From NCBI RefSeq assembly GCF_006345805.1, contig NC_043011.1, forward strand, positions 67,344,464-67,408,463: a stretch of 64,000 nt of DNA, written 5' to 3'. Positions 51,838 to 64,000 of the stretch are shown here, piece after piece; the first letter of the stretch is position 1; the number at the start of each line of letters is the position of its first letter. The notes under the pieces were generated by a model, which saw only the letters and a program-made list of their open reading frames with translations, did not search any database and had not been told where the DNA came from. Position numbers and translations under genes: made by a program. The DNA comes from Octopus sinensis. Its lineage: Eukaryota.

Positions 51838-51867
<30 letters not shown>
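51767..51867 (+). repeat. (CTT)n trinucleotide array with one internal phase shift
   Basis: Directly visible. Confidence 0.95.
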
Positions 51868-51873
<6 letters not shown>

Positions 51874-52519
51874 GTCACACCGAGATCGATAACAATGTGC
51901 TCAACAAAAGAGCAGGTGACGCCAGACAATCACGAAGTTTCGATGTGATACCTCTCTACCTGATTCAAATAATTGCATCATCTGTTCAGATCACACCCTC
52001 ATTTATTACAAATGAAAGGGCAGATTGTATAACATTGCTACGGGTATATTGACAAGACAAGTCTCTTAACCCCTTGGGGGTCGTTGGGATGCTGCAGCAA
52101 TGCAGCGTATATCAGGCGAGAAAGGCTGGCAAAGTCCATCCTTCTCCAGGCTAAACTCATTTCTACTGCTGTGTGGACTGGAGAAACGTGAAATGAAGTG
52201 TTTTGCTCAAGAAAACAAAGGACAGCCCGGTCCAGGGATCGAAACCACAATCTTACGGAAAGAAGTGAAGGACTCTTTATGTTGACGCCGAACCTCTAGA
52301 AATAGCAACCAAATCCCCACAAAAATTACACCATATAACTTTAGAAAAGGATAGATATATTTGATTCACTGGATATGCTATTAAAAGACGTTCCAGCAAC
52401 GACCCTCACACTTTCACTTGACGCACCCGCGCCCGACACACAGGCTTTCATATATTGAACATGGAAAAATAGATATTCTTATTTTATCCACCTCTTGACA
52501 GGATTTGAACTCATAAGAT

Positions 52520-52520
<1 letters not shown>

Positions 52521-52564
<44 letters not shown>

Positions 52565-52568
52565 CAGC

Positions 52569-52605
<37 letters not shown>

Positions 52606-52631
52606 TAGTAGTAGTAGTTGTAGTAGTAGTA
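52521..52631 (+). repeat. (TAG)n trinucleotide array
   Basis: Directly visible. Confidence 0.95.
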
Positions 52632-52913
52632 AGGGGGTATGCACTAACACCACGTCGCTGCATCAACAATTAGTTGGCGACTCCCTACTCCTATGGTGGA
52701 TGACATCTTTGTAGTACTCAAGCGACAAGGCTCCAACCTATGTATGTGTTGTGAGGATTTGGGGAGGTCAGAGCGCAAATCCTACTTCAACTTCTTTCAG
52801 TTGCCTTTTTATGTCACGCAAAGAATACTCTGAGTATAATCATTGACATGCTGGTAAAAAGGCAGAAGAAAAACTCAACAAAGAAATTTGTTAAAATGAT
52901 ACTGCAATGCACC

Positions 52914-52956
<43 letters not shown>

Positions 52957-53015
52957 TTATATATATATATATATATAATATATATATAATATTATATATA
53001 TATATATATATATAC

Positions 53016-53094
<79 letters not shown>

Positions 53095-53447
53095 GGCGAA
53101 AAAGAAAATGGAAGGGACACAAAATTGACATACATCAGCCGGTAGAGTTTCTATTATGTCTATTGGGTACTATCCCTTAGCTGGTTGACTTTCCAGCCTC
53201 TAACACTCACGAAGATATAAATATATATATATATATATAATGTATGTATATATATCGCTGGGTCCTTAAATATAGGCTCGAGTCATCTACTGAAATAAAT
53301 TCAATTGGGAAAAACAAGTTCCATTTCAACAAATATATTTAGAATATCAGAATTCTTCATTAATTGCGACGAATCAATATTTCCGTAGAATGTAAATTCA
53401 GTAATACATTTGGGATGGAGAATATACGTAAAAATCTATACACTCGA

Positions 53448-53480
<33 letters not shown>

Positions 53481-53811
53481 TGTATGTATGTATGTATGTA
53501 TGAAATAGCACATGCGTTTGTATAGAAACATAAACATACGAACATATGTAGATGCATACACATATGTATACACGCATGCACAAAACATAGAAACATGTAT
53601 ATATGCGTATGAATCTTTATGTTATGCGTATGTATATATATATATATATACAGACACAAAAATATTAACAATAACACCGACAGGTTTAGGTTCGCAAATA
53701 TACACACACGCGCAAGAACATAGAGACATACATTCACACACACACACACTCACACACATATATGTATGCATGTCTGTATATACATATATATGATAGCTTG
53801 TATATGTGTGC

Positions 53812-53848
<37 letters not shown>

Positions 53849-53906
53849 GTATATATATATTTGTAATATATAAAGAGATCTCTTCCTTTTCTCTTTCTCT
53901 TCTCTG

Positions 53907-53971
<65 letters not shown>

Positions 53972-54521
53972 TGAGAAAAATATATATTCAATTCCTGTAC
54001 ACCACACCTAACAGTCTATAGAGAGAGAGAGAGCGAGAGAGAGAGAGATCCAGAAAATGATAAGAGGTCTCCTTATATATTTCGATCCATTGGCCTACAT
54101 TCTCGTATATTGTTTTGTATATTTGCTGTTCACTGTTTGCTTTCTTCTGATACATCGATCATACTTTTGAAAGTAGAGTGGATATTTATCACATTTTAAT
54201 GGACAAATCTGTCGATAAAATATCATCGAAAGATGCGGATTAGTTTTGCCTTCAAACCTATTCATATTTATAAAAACAGACAAAAATCAGAGACACATTG
54301 AAGCCGAGCACTATACGGTCAGTATATCAACAATGTTTACGTGCCTCTCTTTGCTTTAAGTCTAGTATTAAACGCGCTAAATCTTTGAAAACCGGAACAC
54401 AAATAGTGGAAAAAACGCCATGTTGTAATGTCCTCTAGCGATATGAGGTCGATGAACGCCATTCCGACCAAGCGGGGGTGGGGTGATTTTGTATATACAT
54501 ACATACATACATACATACATG

Positions 54522-54553
<32 letters not shown>

Positions 54554-54687
54554 ACTACCTCGAACACACAAGTGCAAACAAGAGAGTCAGAGAAAGGCAG
54601 AATGCCACTTAAATCTGAACACTACTATAGAAATATTCTTTTAAAAAAACTTTTCTTCTAATTTTTCTAAATTTAATTATTTAATCG

Positions 54688-54731
54688 TTACAGTTGAAAA
54701 GGTCTCAAAATGACCGAAACCGGTACTGAAA
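54688..54731 (+). ncRNA. Minimal type I hammerhead with U3-A8 core covariation
   Basis: CAG-TTGAAAA(54694-54700)-GGTC-TCAAAAT-GACC-GAAAC-CG-GTA-CTG; about 55 nt upstream of (TA)n. Confidence 0.65.
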
Positions 54732-54777
54732 TGTTCACTATAAAATTATTTTAGCATTTTCTATTTTTTACTTGTTT

Positions 54778-54837
<60 letters not shown>

Positions 54838-55061
54838 CATGTGTGTGTTGTAATGGGAAAATTATACATAATGTATAAAATAGATGAGTAAAGCACAGGC
54901 ACAGTTTCGATTATATATGTATGTATGTATATATATGCATATACCTATACATATACATACATACATATATATATTAATATATATACATTCATATATACGT
55001 ATATATACATATATGTATATATGTAAATATATACATGTATATATATATACATTTGTATATA

Positions 55062-55094
<33 letters not shown>

Positions 55095-55749
55095 GTGTTC
55101 ATATATATGTATGCATGTATGTATATATTGTAGGGCGGTGTGTATGAAGATAAGTAGCTGTCAAGTATTGTTGTTGATCAAATGGATTAAAAATCTTCCC
55201 TATTATATATTCTTCAATATTTGTGAGAAATGGTGAAATCCAATATCCGATATATATATCTCCACAAGAGCCTTCCTACAAAACCTTCTCCATCGATTTA
55301 AAGTGTTGATCAAACCAAAGAAGCAGCCCTTACTTGATCAGTAAAACTGCTCAATATTTCAGTCAAATACATTCTATTGATAAATCCTATGTGTGTGTGT
55401 GTATGATTATGTCTGTTTTAGCTCGTGTTTCATATGAAATGCAAGTGTGCACTGGTGTATGTGTATGGAAACTGTTTCTACATTTCATATTTCACAAGCA
55501 GACACATAATATGATGGCATGTACGAATACACACATACATACAATATATATATATATATTATATATATATATATAATATATATATATTATATATATAGGG
55601 AGAGAGAGAGAGAGAGAGAGAGAGACCAAAGTGTACGTACACCGCCATATGTATATAAAAAGGAATACAAAAAATGGGAGAAGAACGCAAAACATCCAGA
55701 CAGTTCGATGGTACAAAAAAGGGACAAAAAATAAAAGGACGAGTCATTC

Positions 55750-55890
55750 GGTGTTTTCTTTCCTCAGTTGAGTTCCAGATTATCTTTGCAGTTTCGGCTG
55801 GTTATACTCGAGATTGCTCCAATCTGGCCAGCCCCAAGGAAAAACTAAGCTAAGAGCACTAGATTCCTTGGAAGAAAGCAGCGAACAGGT
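55750..55890 (-). mobile_element. PLE-type terminal repeat fragment (family of 12557-12760)
   Basis: Reverse complement matches 12560-12640. Confidence 0.55.
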
Positions 55891-57477
55891 GCGGCAGAAA
55901 GTTTGCCCCGATTTCAAAGTTTAATAAAAATAAAAATAAAAAAACATGAAGATGCATGAAATAACTTTGTATTTCTATGAAGTTCATTAAATGCCATTTT
56001 TATATTTTCTTTCAGATAGTATCCAGCATGGCCTCGAGTGGAGAACATCGTTTTTTTTTGTTTTTGTTTTTCTTGTGTCTTCATGTGTTTGTTCTTTTAT
56101 TAACCTTTGAACTCGGGAAAACCTCTCTGCAGCCCCCTCTATGTATATGGTCGTGTGCTATAAGTGTATATTCTCTGATACTTTTATTCTTTCTCTTTTT
56201 TCAGTCACTTGACTGCGGCCACGCTGGAACACACCCTTAAATGGTTGTAATCTAAGAAATCGACCCCATGACTTATTCGTTGTAAGCGTAGCAGTTATTC
56301 TATCGTTATCATTTGCCGAACCGCTATGTTTCGGGGAACTAAATTCACCAGCATCAGTGGTCAAGCGATTGTGGGGTGACACAGACACACTCACAAATAC
56401 ATACATACATATATATATATATACGTGTGTGTGTGTGTACATATATATTTATATATATACATATATTTGTGTGTGTGTATGTGTGTGAGTGTGTGTGTAC
56501 ATATTTCACACTGACATGCACTGTTCTAGACAAGCTGTCCTGAACAGTCATTACGGAAAAGAACTCAGAGTAAACTCAATTTTTGATGTGGAAAACAAAA
56601 CGAAACCCTCGACCCACCGGGCTGAGTTCTATATCAGATAATGTTTGCCTTAGGTTAAATACGTTGATGTATTTCACAAGCCATGCATTACAGTATATAG
56701 TAATGAGTGTGCGTTTGTGCATGTGCAAATGTGTGTGTAGAAGCATATGTACTATTACTTCCACTGGTTTTAGCCGTCCTGGGGCATTGCATTTAGAGCG
56801 ATCGCTTGTTATTTTACAATCGCTTCCCTGTTCCATTTCCGGGAACTGTTTCTGGTGAAATAGCGAGTTGAACTAGTTGCAATCCTTCGCGTTTCCCGTT
56901 GCGACATCGACATGAAACTTGGCATCTCACACAAAAGGATTTTACTTATATTGCACAATCCCAGCTGAATTTTCGGCAGGAATTGGCGAAATAAATTTCA
57001 TATATGCGTGTGGTATTGTACCTGCGAAATAACTTGTCTTTATTTGACTGACTAACACTATAGTACAATACCAAACAACCACGTTCTTGTACTAAATTTT
57101 TTACTGTCTTCTGTTCATAAAATGTCGCCTAAACTATTTTCAACAAAAATTGTAAATAAAATCATTTTGACTCGATGTATTTTATTTACAAATGCTTTGA
57201 AATGTTTTGTGGATTTGCAATATCAGACATTTCTATTTCTACTTGTATAGTTGTTCTTCTATGTATTTTTCGTATGTTTTGTTTTCAATTTAATTCGACC
57301 TCTTGTGAATAAAAACGTCAAACTGAAAGAAACATCTGAAATAGAAACAAAAAAAACCATATGCGAATTTACACACACACACACACCAAATACACACATA
57401 ACCGATAGAGAGAGAGGGAGGCGAGAGACAGACAGATGTACATATGTCTCTAAAAATGTATGTCTATATGCATGTAT

Positions 57478-57530
<53 letters not shown>

Positions 57531-57630
57531 TCGGTGATACCAGTTGCGGATTCTAGCTCGCTCTGATACTGAGTTGAGTTGGTGCCTTCTGGTATCTCAA
57601 AATTCAATATATAATCATTTATGATTATAG

Positions 57631-57742
57631 TATTCTACGCTGAAGAGAAAAGAAGTTTCGGTAAGATAGAATTATTTAATATTTAATATTTAATTCTTAT
57701 GCTTTCCTTAAAACTTGATTTCGAAACGTACGTCCGTGGATA
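57631..57742 (+). ncRNA. Type I hammerhead ribozyme, copy 1
   Basis: Stem I TCTACG/CGTGGA; CTGAAGA 57640-57646; stem II GAAA/TTTC plus AAGTTT/AAACTT; GAAAC 57723-57727; palindromic ACGTACGT; GUC 57732-57734. Confidence 0.9.
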
Positions 57743-58229
57743 ACTAAAAAAATGTATGATAGATTGCAGTCAATTCATTCTCTCTTACCTGTTTGTGTCT
57801 GCCTTCCAAATGCTGTTTTTACTGAGATCTCCCTTTTTAGTAGAAGAAATAGCTATAACCCTTTGACTGCTATTTCTAAATTCGTATGTGGTAAGGCAAC
57901 TCGTTGCTAAACCCTTATTGCTTAGTATTACTTAAATTTTCCTCGAATGAGGCTTTTACATGCCGAAGACTACTTGGTGTAATTGATAATTTTTCCAAAT
58001 TAATTAATTTCACCCTTCATTATTACGGATAACCATATTTTATCTCAGTAGATGACCACAGCATCTTGTTTTGGCTACACGCGGGTGGGAAGGGGCTGTT
58101 GACACAGTCGTTTCATTCACAAATTGAATTCGGTGATACCAGTTGCGGATTCTAGCTCGCTCTGATACTGAGTTGAGTTGGTGCCTTCTGGTATCTCAAA
58201 ATTCAATATATAATCATTTATGATTATAG

Positions 58230-58341
58230 TATTCTACGCTGAAGAGAAAAGAAGTTTCGGTAAGATAGAATTATTTAATATTTAATATTTAATTCTTATG
58301 CTTTCCTTAAAACTTGATTTCGAAACGTACGTCCGTGGATA
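58230..58341 (+). ncRNA. Type I hammerhead ribozyme, copy 2 (identical)
   Basis: Same sequence offset by 599; cleavage predicted after C58333. Confidence 0.9.
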
Positions 58342-59019
58342 ACTAAAAAAATGTATGATAGATTGCAGTCAATTCATTCTCTCTTACCTGTTTGTGTCTG
58401 CCTTCCAAATGCTGTTTTTACTGAGATCTCCCTTTTTAGTAGAAGAAATAGCTATAACCCTTTGACTGCTATTTCTAAATTCGGTATGTGGTAAGGCAAC
58501 TCGTTGCTAAACCCTTATTGCTTAGTATATATATATATATATATATGATTCGGTACACATACACACACATATTTCTATTACTATGTAAGCATGAGTGTTT
58601 CTATGTGTGTATGTATATATACTTATAAACATATATATATGTCCTGTTCTTAATGTGTATTTTTATTTATTTATAATCGAACGCCCAGTAGCCTTGTTCA
58701 CATCAAGTTCTTACATTTATTTATAATGTCTGCGACTCCATTGTCTGTTTTCTTTCATTCTCTTTATCCTTCTATAATTCTCTTTATTTTCCGTTTCTCC
58801 CCATCGTTCTTTTACTGTTCCTTGTCTTTCTTCCACTTCCTACCATCTTTCGTTCCTTCCTCACTCCCTTTGTTTCTTTCCCTCATCCTCTCTCTTGTCC
58901 CACTTGCCCTCTGCCAGTGTGCTCACACATGACTACAGGCAATTTTTCTCCCCTCCGTCACTTTTTGGACGTGAGACCAACTTCGCTGGCCGTCATTTCT
59001 CTCGCCTCTCGACCTGCAA

Positions 59020-59175
59020 ATATATACGACGGGCTTCTTTCAGTTTCTGTCTACCAAATCCACTCACAAGTCTTTGGTCGGCCCGAGGTTATAGTAAAAG
59101 ACACCTGCCCAAGGTGCCGCGCAGTGGGACTGAATGCGGAACCATGTGGCTGGTAAGCAAGCTACTTACCACACG
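59020..59175 (-). mobile_element. SINE family A 5' half
   Basis: ACGACGGGCTTCTTTCAGTTTC..ACCATGTGGCTGGTAAGCAAGCTACTTACCACAC. Confidence 0.85.
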
Positions 59176-60183
59176 TACACACACATACATATATACACGC
59201 ATCTACTCAATATGCATATACGTATATATTTGTGTGTATGAATTGATATAGTCATTTTTTTAATTATACAAATTTATACATCCGCTGCTATTATGATGTG
59301 TATGTGTATGTGTGTATTCATGTATATATTTATACACATATTTATGATAAACACAAATGTAAGCATATGATGATTGATTATGATAATGGAATACTTTCTT
59401 TCCTTATTCGACAGTACTAACCGATAACCTGCTGACAGCACAATAGTACAAAGAATTCCTGATTTAAACTTAGTCAAAATGAAATTTGTAAATTCACAAA
59501 TTACAAACACTTAAAAAAGAGGTAACCAAGAAATGCAGTAGAATCTGAGATGAGATGTCGAAGAACAATATACGTTAACAGCCAATCAATCGTCACAAAA
59601 ACTATAAGCCAATCATCCATGCAAAAAGGAACACCATTCAACAAAAACAAATATTGAACCATGTCCAAAGTAATACATATGAATGAGAAGACAAACTGAA
59701 TTGTAACAGCTTTCGTATGATAATCGGAGTATCATAAAACTTTGTGATGTAAATATTCACTGACAACAGTCCATATAACGCTACGGCTTATATTAAGTAT
59801 TCCCTTCCTCATTCACTGAAAAATTATCAATAAATGTGTATGTGTGGGTGTGTTCCTGAGCACGAGTGCGTGTGTGTGTTCATGCGTTCGTATGTACCGT
59901 ATTATAAAGTTAGATTTTTAAAAATCTCAAACAGGATGACAGGGTCATTATGCATTATGTACAATTTATGTGAAAAATAGTAAAGGTTAAATTTTACTCG
60001 TAATCAACTAGAAGAAAATTTTCATTGTTTTTCTGGGGGTTTTTTTACGTGATGTTCCTTTGCTCATCAATAAAGAACACCTCTGAAACAGCTTTAGCGA
60101 ACATCAGCTTATCTGTGTTATTGTTTACAGTAGAGATAGATAGATAGACAGACAGATAGATAGATAGATAGATAGAGAGAGAG

Positions 60184-60352
<169 letters not shown>

Positions 60353-61028
60353 CAGATAGATATTTCAGTTTTAATCGGTAGAAATTACACACCGATTCTT
60401 TACCTGACATTCTATCGATTTTGTAAGTTCCTGCTAAGCTTGATATAATAAACCTCACCAAGCCAGTATTCAGTTACATCACGTAGTTGTGGAAATATCA
60501 TTTCCAAAAAAATGGTATAATATAAAACAAATAATATTTATAACAACATTACGTTTTATGTATATTTAGGTATTATTTGCTAATTTATGCATGTGAGTCT
60601 TACTAATATTTTCCATGATTCCTGTTGCAGGTTGTTATTGATTAGATTATTTGACCTGTAAATAAAATTTTAAAAAGTTCTGTATTGAAATATCTACACA
60701 GATGAGAGCTTGATCACTATTATAAAAATTACATTTATTGCATATCGTAGTTTTTGCCATTGATTATTTGTGTTAAATTGCAATTCTATAAAGAGTGGTG
60801 TTACCTGTTTGAATATTATTACAATTTATATTCTCATATCTTGGTAGAATTTGTCTATTGATTCTGCCAATAAATGTTATTAAAGTTACATACGAATTGA
60901 TATTATAACGAAAGTTAGTGTTGTATTAGAATAATATTGAGGTTTTGATTTAGTAAACTGTGCTATCATGACGACTCTCCGTCTTGCAGTATAGACAATA
61001 TAACGCTCACCCACTGATAAAGGAATAG

Positions 61029-61345
61029 AAATCTCCGTCGGTGATGAATGACCATAGGTTTGCACTCAGAAAGCTCCCCTCTGAGGCAGAAGTCCAGGCA
61101 AAATTTTTTAAGGACTATCGGCAGTCGCCCATGCGTACCAACTTCTCCTCTCCACGCCACCGATGTTATCCAAGGCAAAGGCCGATACATCTTGGCACCA
61201 GTGACATCGTATCTCATTTCTACAGCTGGGTGAATTGGAACAATGTGAAATAAAGGGTATTGTTCAAGAACACAACCTGGTCCGGGAATTGAACTCACTA
61301 CCTCAAGATAGTGAGTCCGATGCTCTAATCACTGAGCTATGCACC
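61029..61345 (-). mobile_element. SINE family B
   Basis: Reverse complement aligns to 22968-23304. Confidence 0.85.
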
Positions 61346-61827
61346 TATCATTGCATTAATGATAATTCATTTAATAATTCAGCGTTATCATAGTATTGTT
61401 CAGTCTTACAGCATTGAAAATACAACGGTAACACAGTGGTATCATTTTTAATTCATGTTATAATTGTAATATTAGTAATATAAGTAAATCACTGTATTAA
61501 TCTTCTAGAACATAACTCACTTTGAAGTGAATATTTTATAGAGCAACCCCTCACCATATCGCGGTTCACCTTTCGCGCACTCGGTACGCCATGGATTATT
61601 CTGGCCAATATATGTAAATTTATATTGCGGACGCCTCAGTATATCCGGGTTTCTGCGCCCGATAGGTATTATATGTTTTTTTTTTTTTAGATTTTAATTA
61701 TTTCTATGGTAGGTTTTTGAACTTAACACCAGCGACAGTCGAGGGATTACTGCATGGGTTTTGTAGAGGTGCTGAAACGTTCATTTATCATTATTCGAGT
61801 TAAAATAGCCTCAATCAGGAATTATCG

Positions 61828-62338
61828 CCATGCATTATGAAGTTATATCAGTAACTAGCAGTATAACCCGGCTTTTCCCGTGATTAAGTTATGATTATTA
61901 AGCTAATCAATTTCTTTACTTCAAACCAAACTAAGTGACATCAACGTCAAATTTGGGCGAAATCCGTTGAAATTGGTTTATATATATATATGGGCAACAC
62001 ACACACACACACGCACATGCACACAAATACGTACGTACACCTATTACATACATGCTTTTTGTACGCATACGTGTTCGCGCGCGCGTGGGGGTGTATGTTG
62101 CCCGTATATCAACAAAACATTTTTTCCTCGATGGAAAAAAAGCAAAAACTGTTTGCAAACCATGGTTATTTCTCCGGCTTGAAAATTGTTAAAAGTTTTG
62201 GTTGACAAGTTTTTTACTGCTATTCGCTGGTGCCTCTGGGAAAAATAAGTACACGAAAATAAGCTAGGATCATGACGAATGTCCTCCTAAAATTTGAGCG
62301 ACATGCATGCTAATTTGTGGACGTGCATAAATTACATT

Positions 62339-62374
<36 letters not shown>

Positions 62375-63330
62375 ACACACACACACACACATCGTGCCCT
62401 TTATGTATACAGATGTTAAAATATGTTTTGCTATTACAAGAACACTGCATGTTGAGAGCGTGTGTTCATGTATTTAGTGTGTTCAGGTCACGATCTTAAT
62501 ATTGTAGGTTCAATTCCCTGACCGAGCGTTGAGGTGGGCCTTTGAGAAAGATATGCATTTTCATGCTGTTGCAGTCTAATTAGTTGCAGTTGAGTACCAA
62601 CCTAGTCCTGGCGCAGCTTTCTCTCCCTCCACTTGTTCCAGCACGAATGTGCCTCTACGGCAAACGATGGGTGAATCGAGAGACCCCGCTCGACTACATA
62701 GGCACTTAGCGAAAGTACAATGTTGCTATTATGGGTCTAATACCCTAATCACTAATCTGCAACCTCCACACACACACACACAGAGAAACACAGACGATAC
62801 ATTTAAATCTAACACCATCCATGCATTATGAAGTTATATCAGTAACTAGCAGTATAACCCGGCTTTTCCCGTGATTAAGTTATGATTATTAAGCTAATCA
62901 ATTTCTTTACTTCAAACCAAACTAAGTGACATCAACGTCAAATTTGGGCGAAATCCGTTGAAATTGGTTTATATATATATATGGGCAACACACACACACA
63001 CACGCACATGCACACAAATACGTACGTACACCTATTACATACATGCTTTTTGTACGCATACGTGTTCGCGCGCGCGCGTGGGGGTGTATGTTGCCCGTAT
63101 ATCAACAAAACATTTTTTCCTCGATGGAAAAAAAGCAAAAACTGTTTGCAAACCATGGTTATTCTCCGGCTTGAAAATTGTTAAAAGTTTTGGTTGACAA
63201 GTTTTTTACTGCTATTCGCTGGTGCCTCTGGGAAAAATAAGTACACGAAAATAAGCTAGGATCATGACGAATGTCCTCCTAAAATTTGAGCGACATGCAT
63301 GCTAATTTGTGGACGTGCATAAATTACATT

Positions 63331-63363
<33 letters not shown>

Positions 63364-63808
63364 CACACACACCACACACATCGTGCCCTTTATGTATACA
63401 GATGTTAAAATATGTTTTGCTATTACAAGAACACTGCATGTTGAGAGCGTGTGTTCATGTATTTAGTGTGTCAGGTCACGATCTTAATATTGTAGGTTCA
63501 ATTCCCTGACCGAGCGTTGAGGTGGGCCTTTGAGAAAGATATGCATTTTCATGCTGTTGCAGTCTAATTAGTTGCAGTTGAGTACCAACCTAGTCCTGGC
63601 GCAGCTCTCTCTCCCTCCACTTGTTCCAGCACGAATGTGCCTCTACGGCAAACGATGGGTGAATCGAGAGACCCCGCTCGACTACATAGGCACTTAGCGA
63701 AAGTACAATGTTGCTATTATGGGTCTAATACCCTAATCACTAATCTGCAACCTCCACACACACACACACAGAGAAACACAGACGATACATTTAAATCTAA
63801 CACCATCC
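61828..63808 (+). repeat. About 990-bp tandem duplication (two copies)
   Basis: 61828-62818 versus 62819-63808 near-identical; differences are mainly small indels in simple repeats. Confidence 0.95.
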
Positions 63809-64000
63809 TTTCCACTGGATCTGATATTATGCACTATATTTTTTACTTTGACTCCATCCTATTATAATATGCTTACACTGTTTCTAACATCTCCGTCGTG
63901 TAAAAATGATATTTGTGAGACCACATCGCCATTACGCAGAACTTTGAACAGAGACAGCACTTGTACAAATGCGGAAGCGTTCATATAGATAGACAGACAG

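Larger units (their letters stand above)
57528..58528 (+). mobile_element. Non-coding retrozyme-like or non-autonomous PLE-derived element: 402-bp direct repeats, period 599 bp, each with an HHR
   Basis: 57528-57928 equals 58127-58528 except for one extra G; unique core of about 198 bp; (TA)n on both flanks; no ORF. Confidence 0.8.

Noticed and set aside
57940-57975. Second HHR-like string in the retrozyme core (GAATGA-GGC..GCC-GAAGAC)
   Set aside because: Both core halves are altered and there is no stem I or III; likely chance or a relic.

Overview
AT-rich eukaryotic repeat landscape, most likely a cephalopod (Octopus-like) intergenic or intronic region. The taxon call rests on the microsatellite load and the SINE families and is not verified. 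No host protein-coding gene can be supported, and most ORF-track entries are translated microsatellites. The real coding content is transposon-derived: a CR1-type RT (8481-9596), two 5'-truncated Penelope-like elements (PLEs) with GIY-YIG endonuclease ORFs carrying long Asn-rich linkers (12823-13695, 38176-39141), and RTE, CR1 and Tc1/mariner remnants. There are also Helitron/Helentron-like non-autonomous elements and three tRNA-derived SINE families, labelled A, B and C here. The main hidden signal is RNA-level: about nine recognisable type I hammerhead ribozyme (HHR) motifs plus several decayed ones. Most have a self-complementary stem III loop, lie in PLE terminal repeats, and end at (TA)n tracts. 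The best candidate for a new system is a non-coding 599-bp tandem unit (57528-58528) with two identical intact HHRs, resembling a retrozyme or circRNA-producing element. All folds were derived by hand and none was computed.
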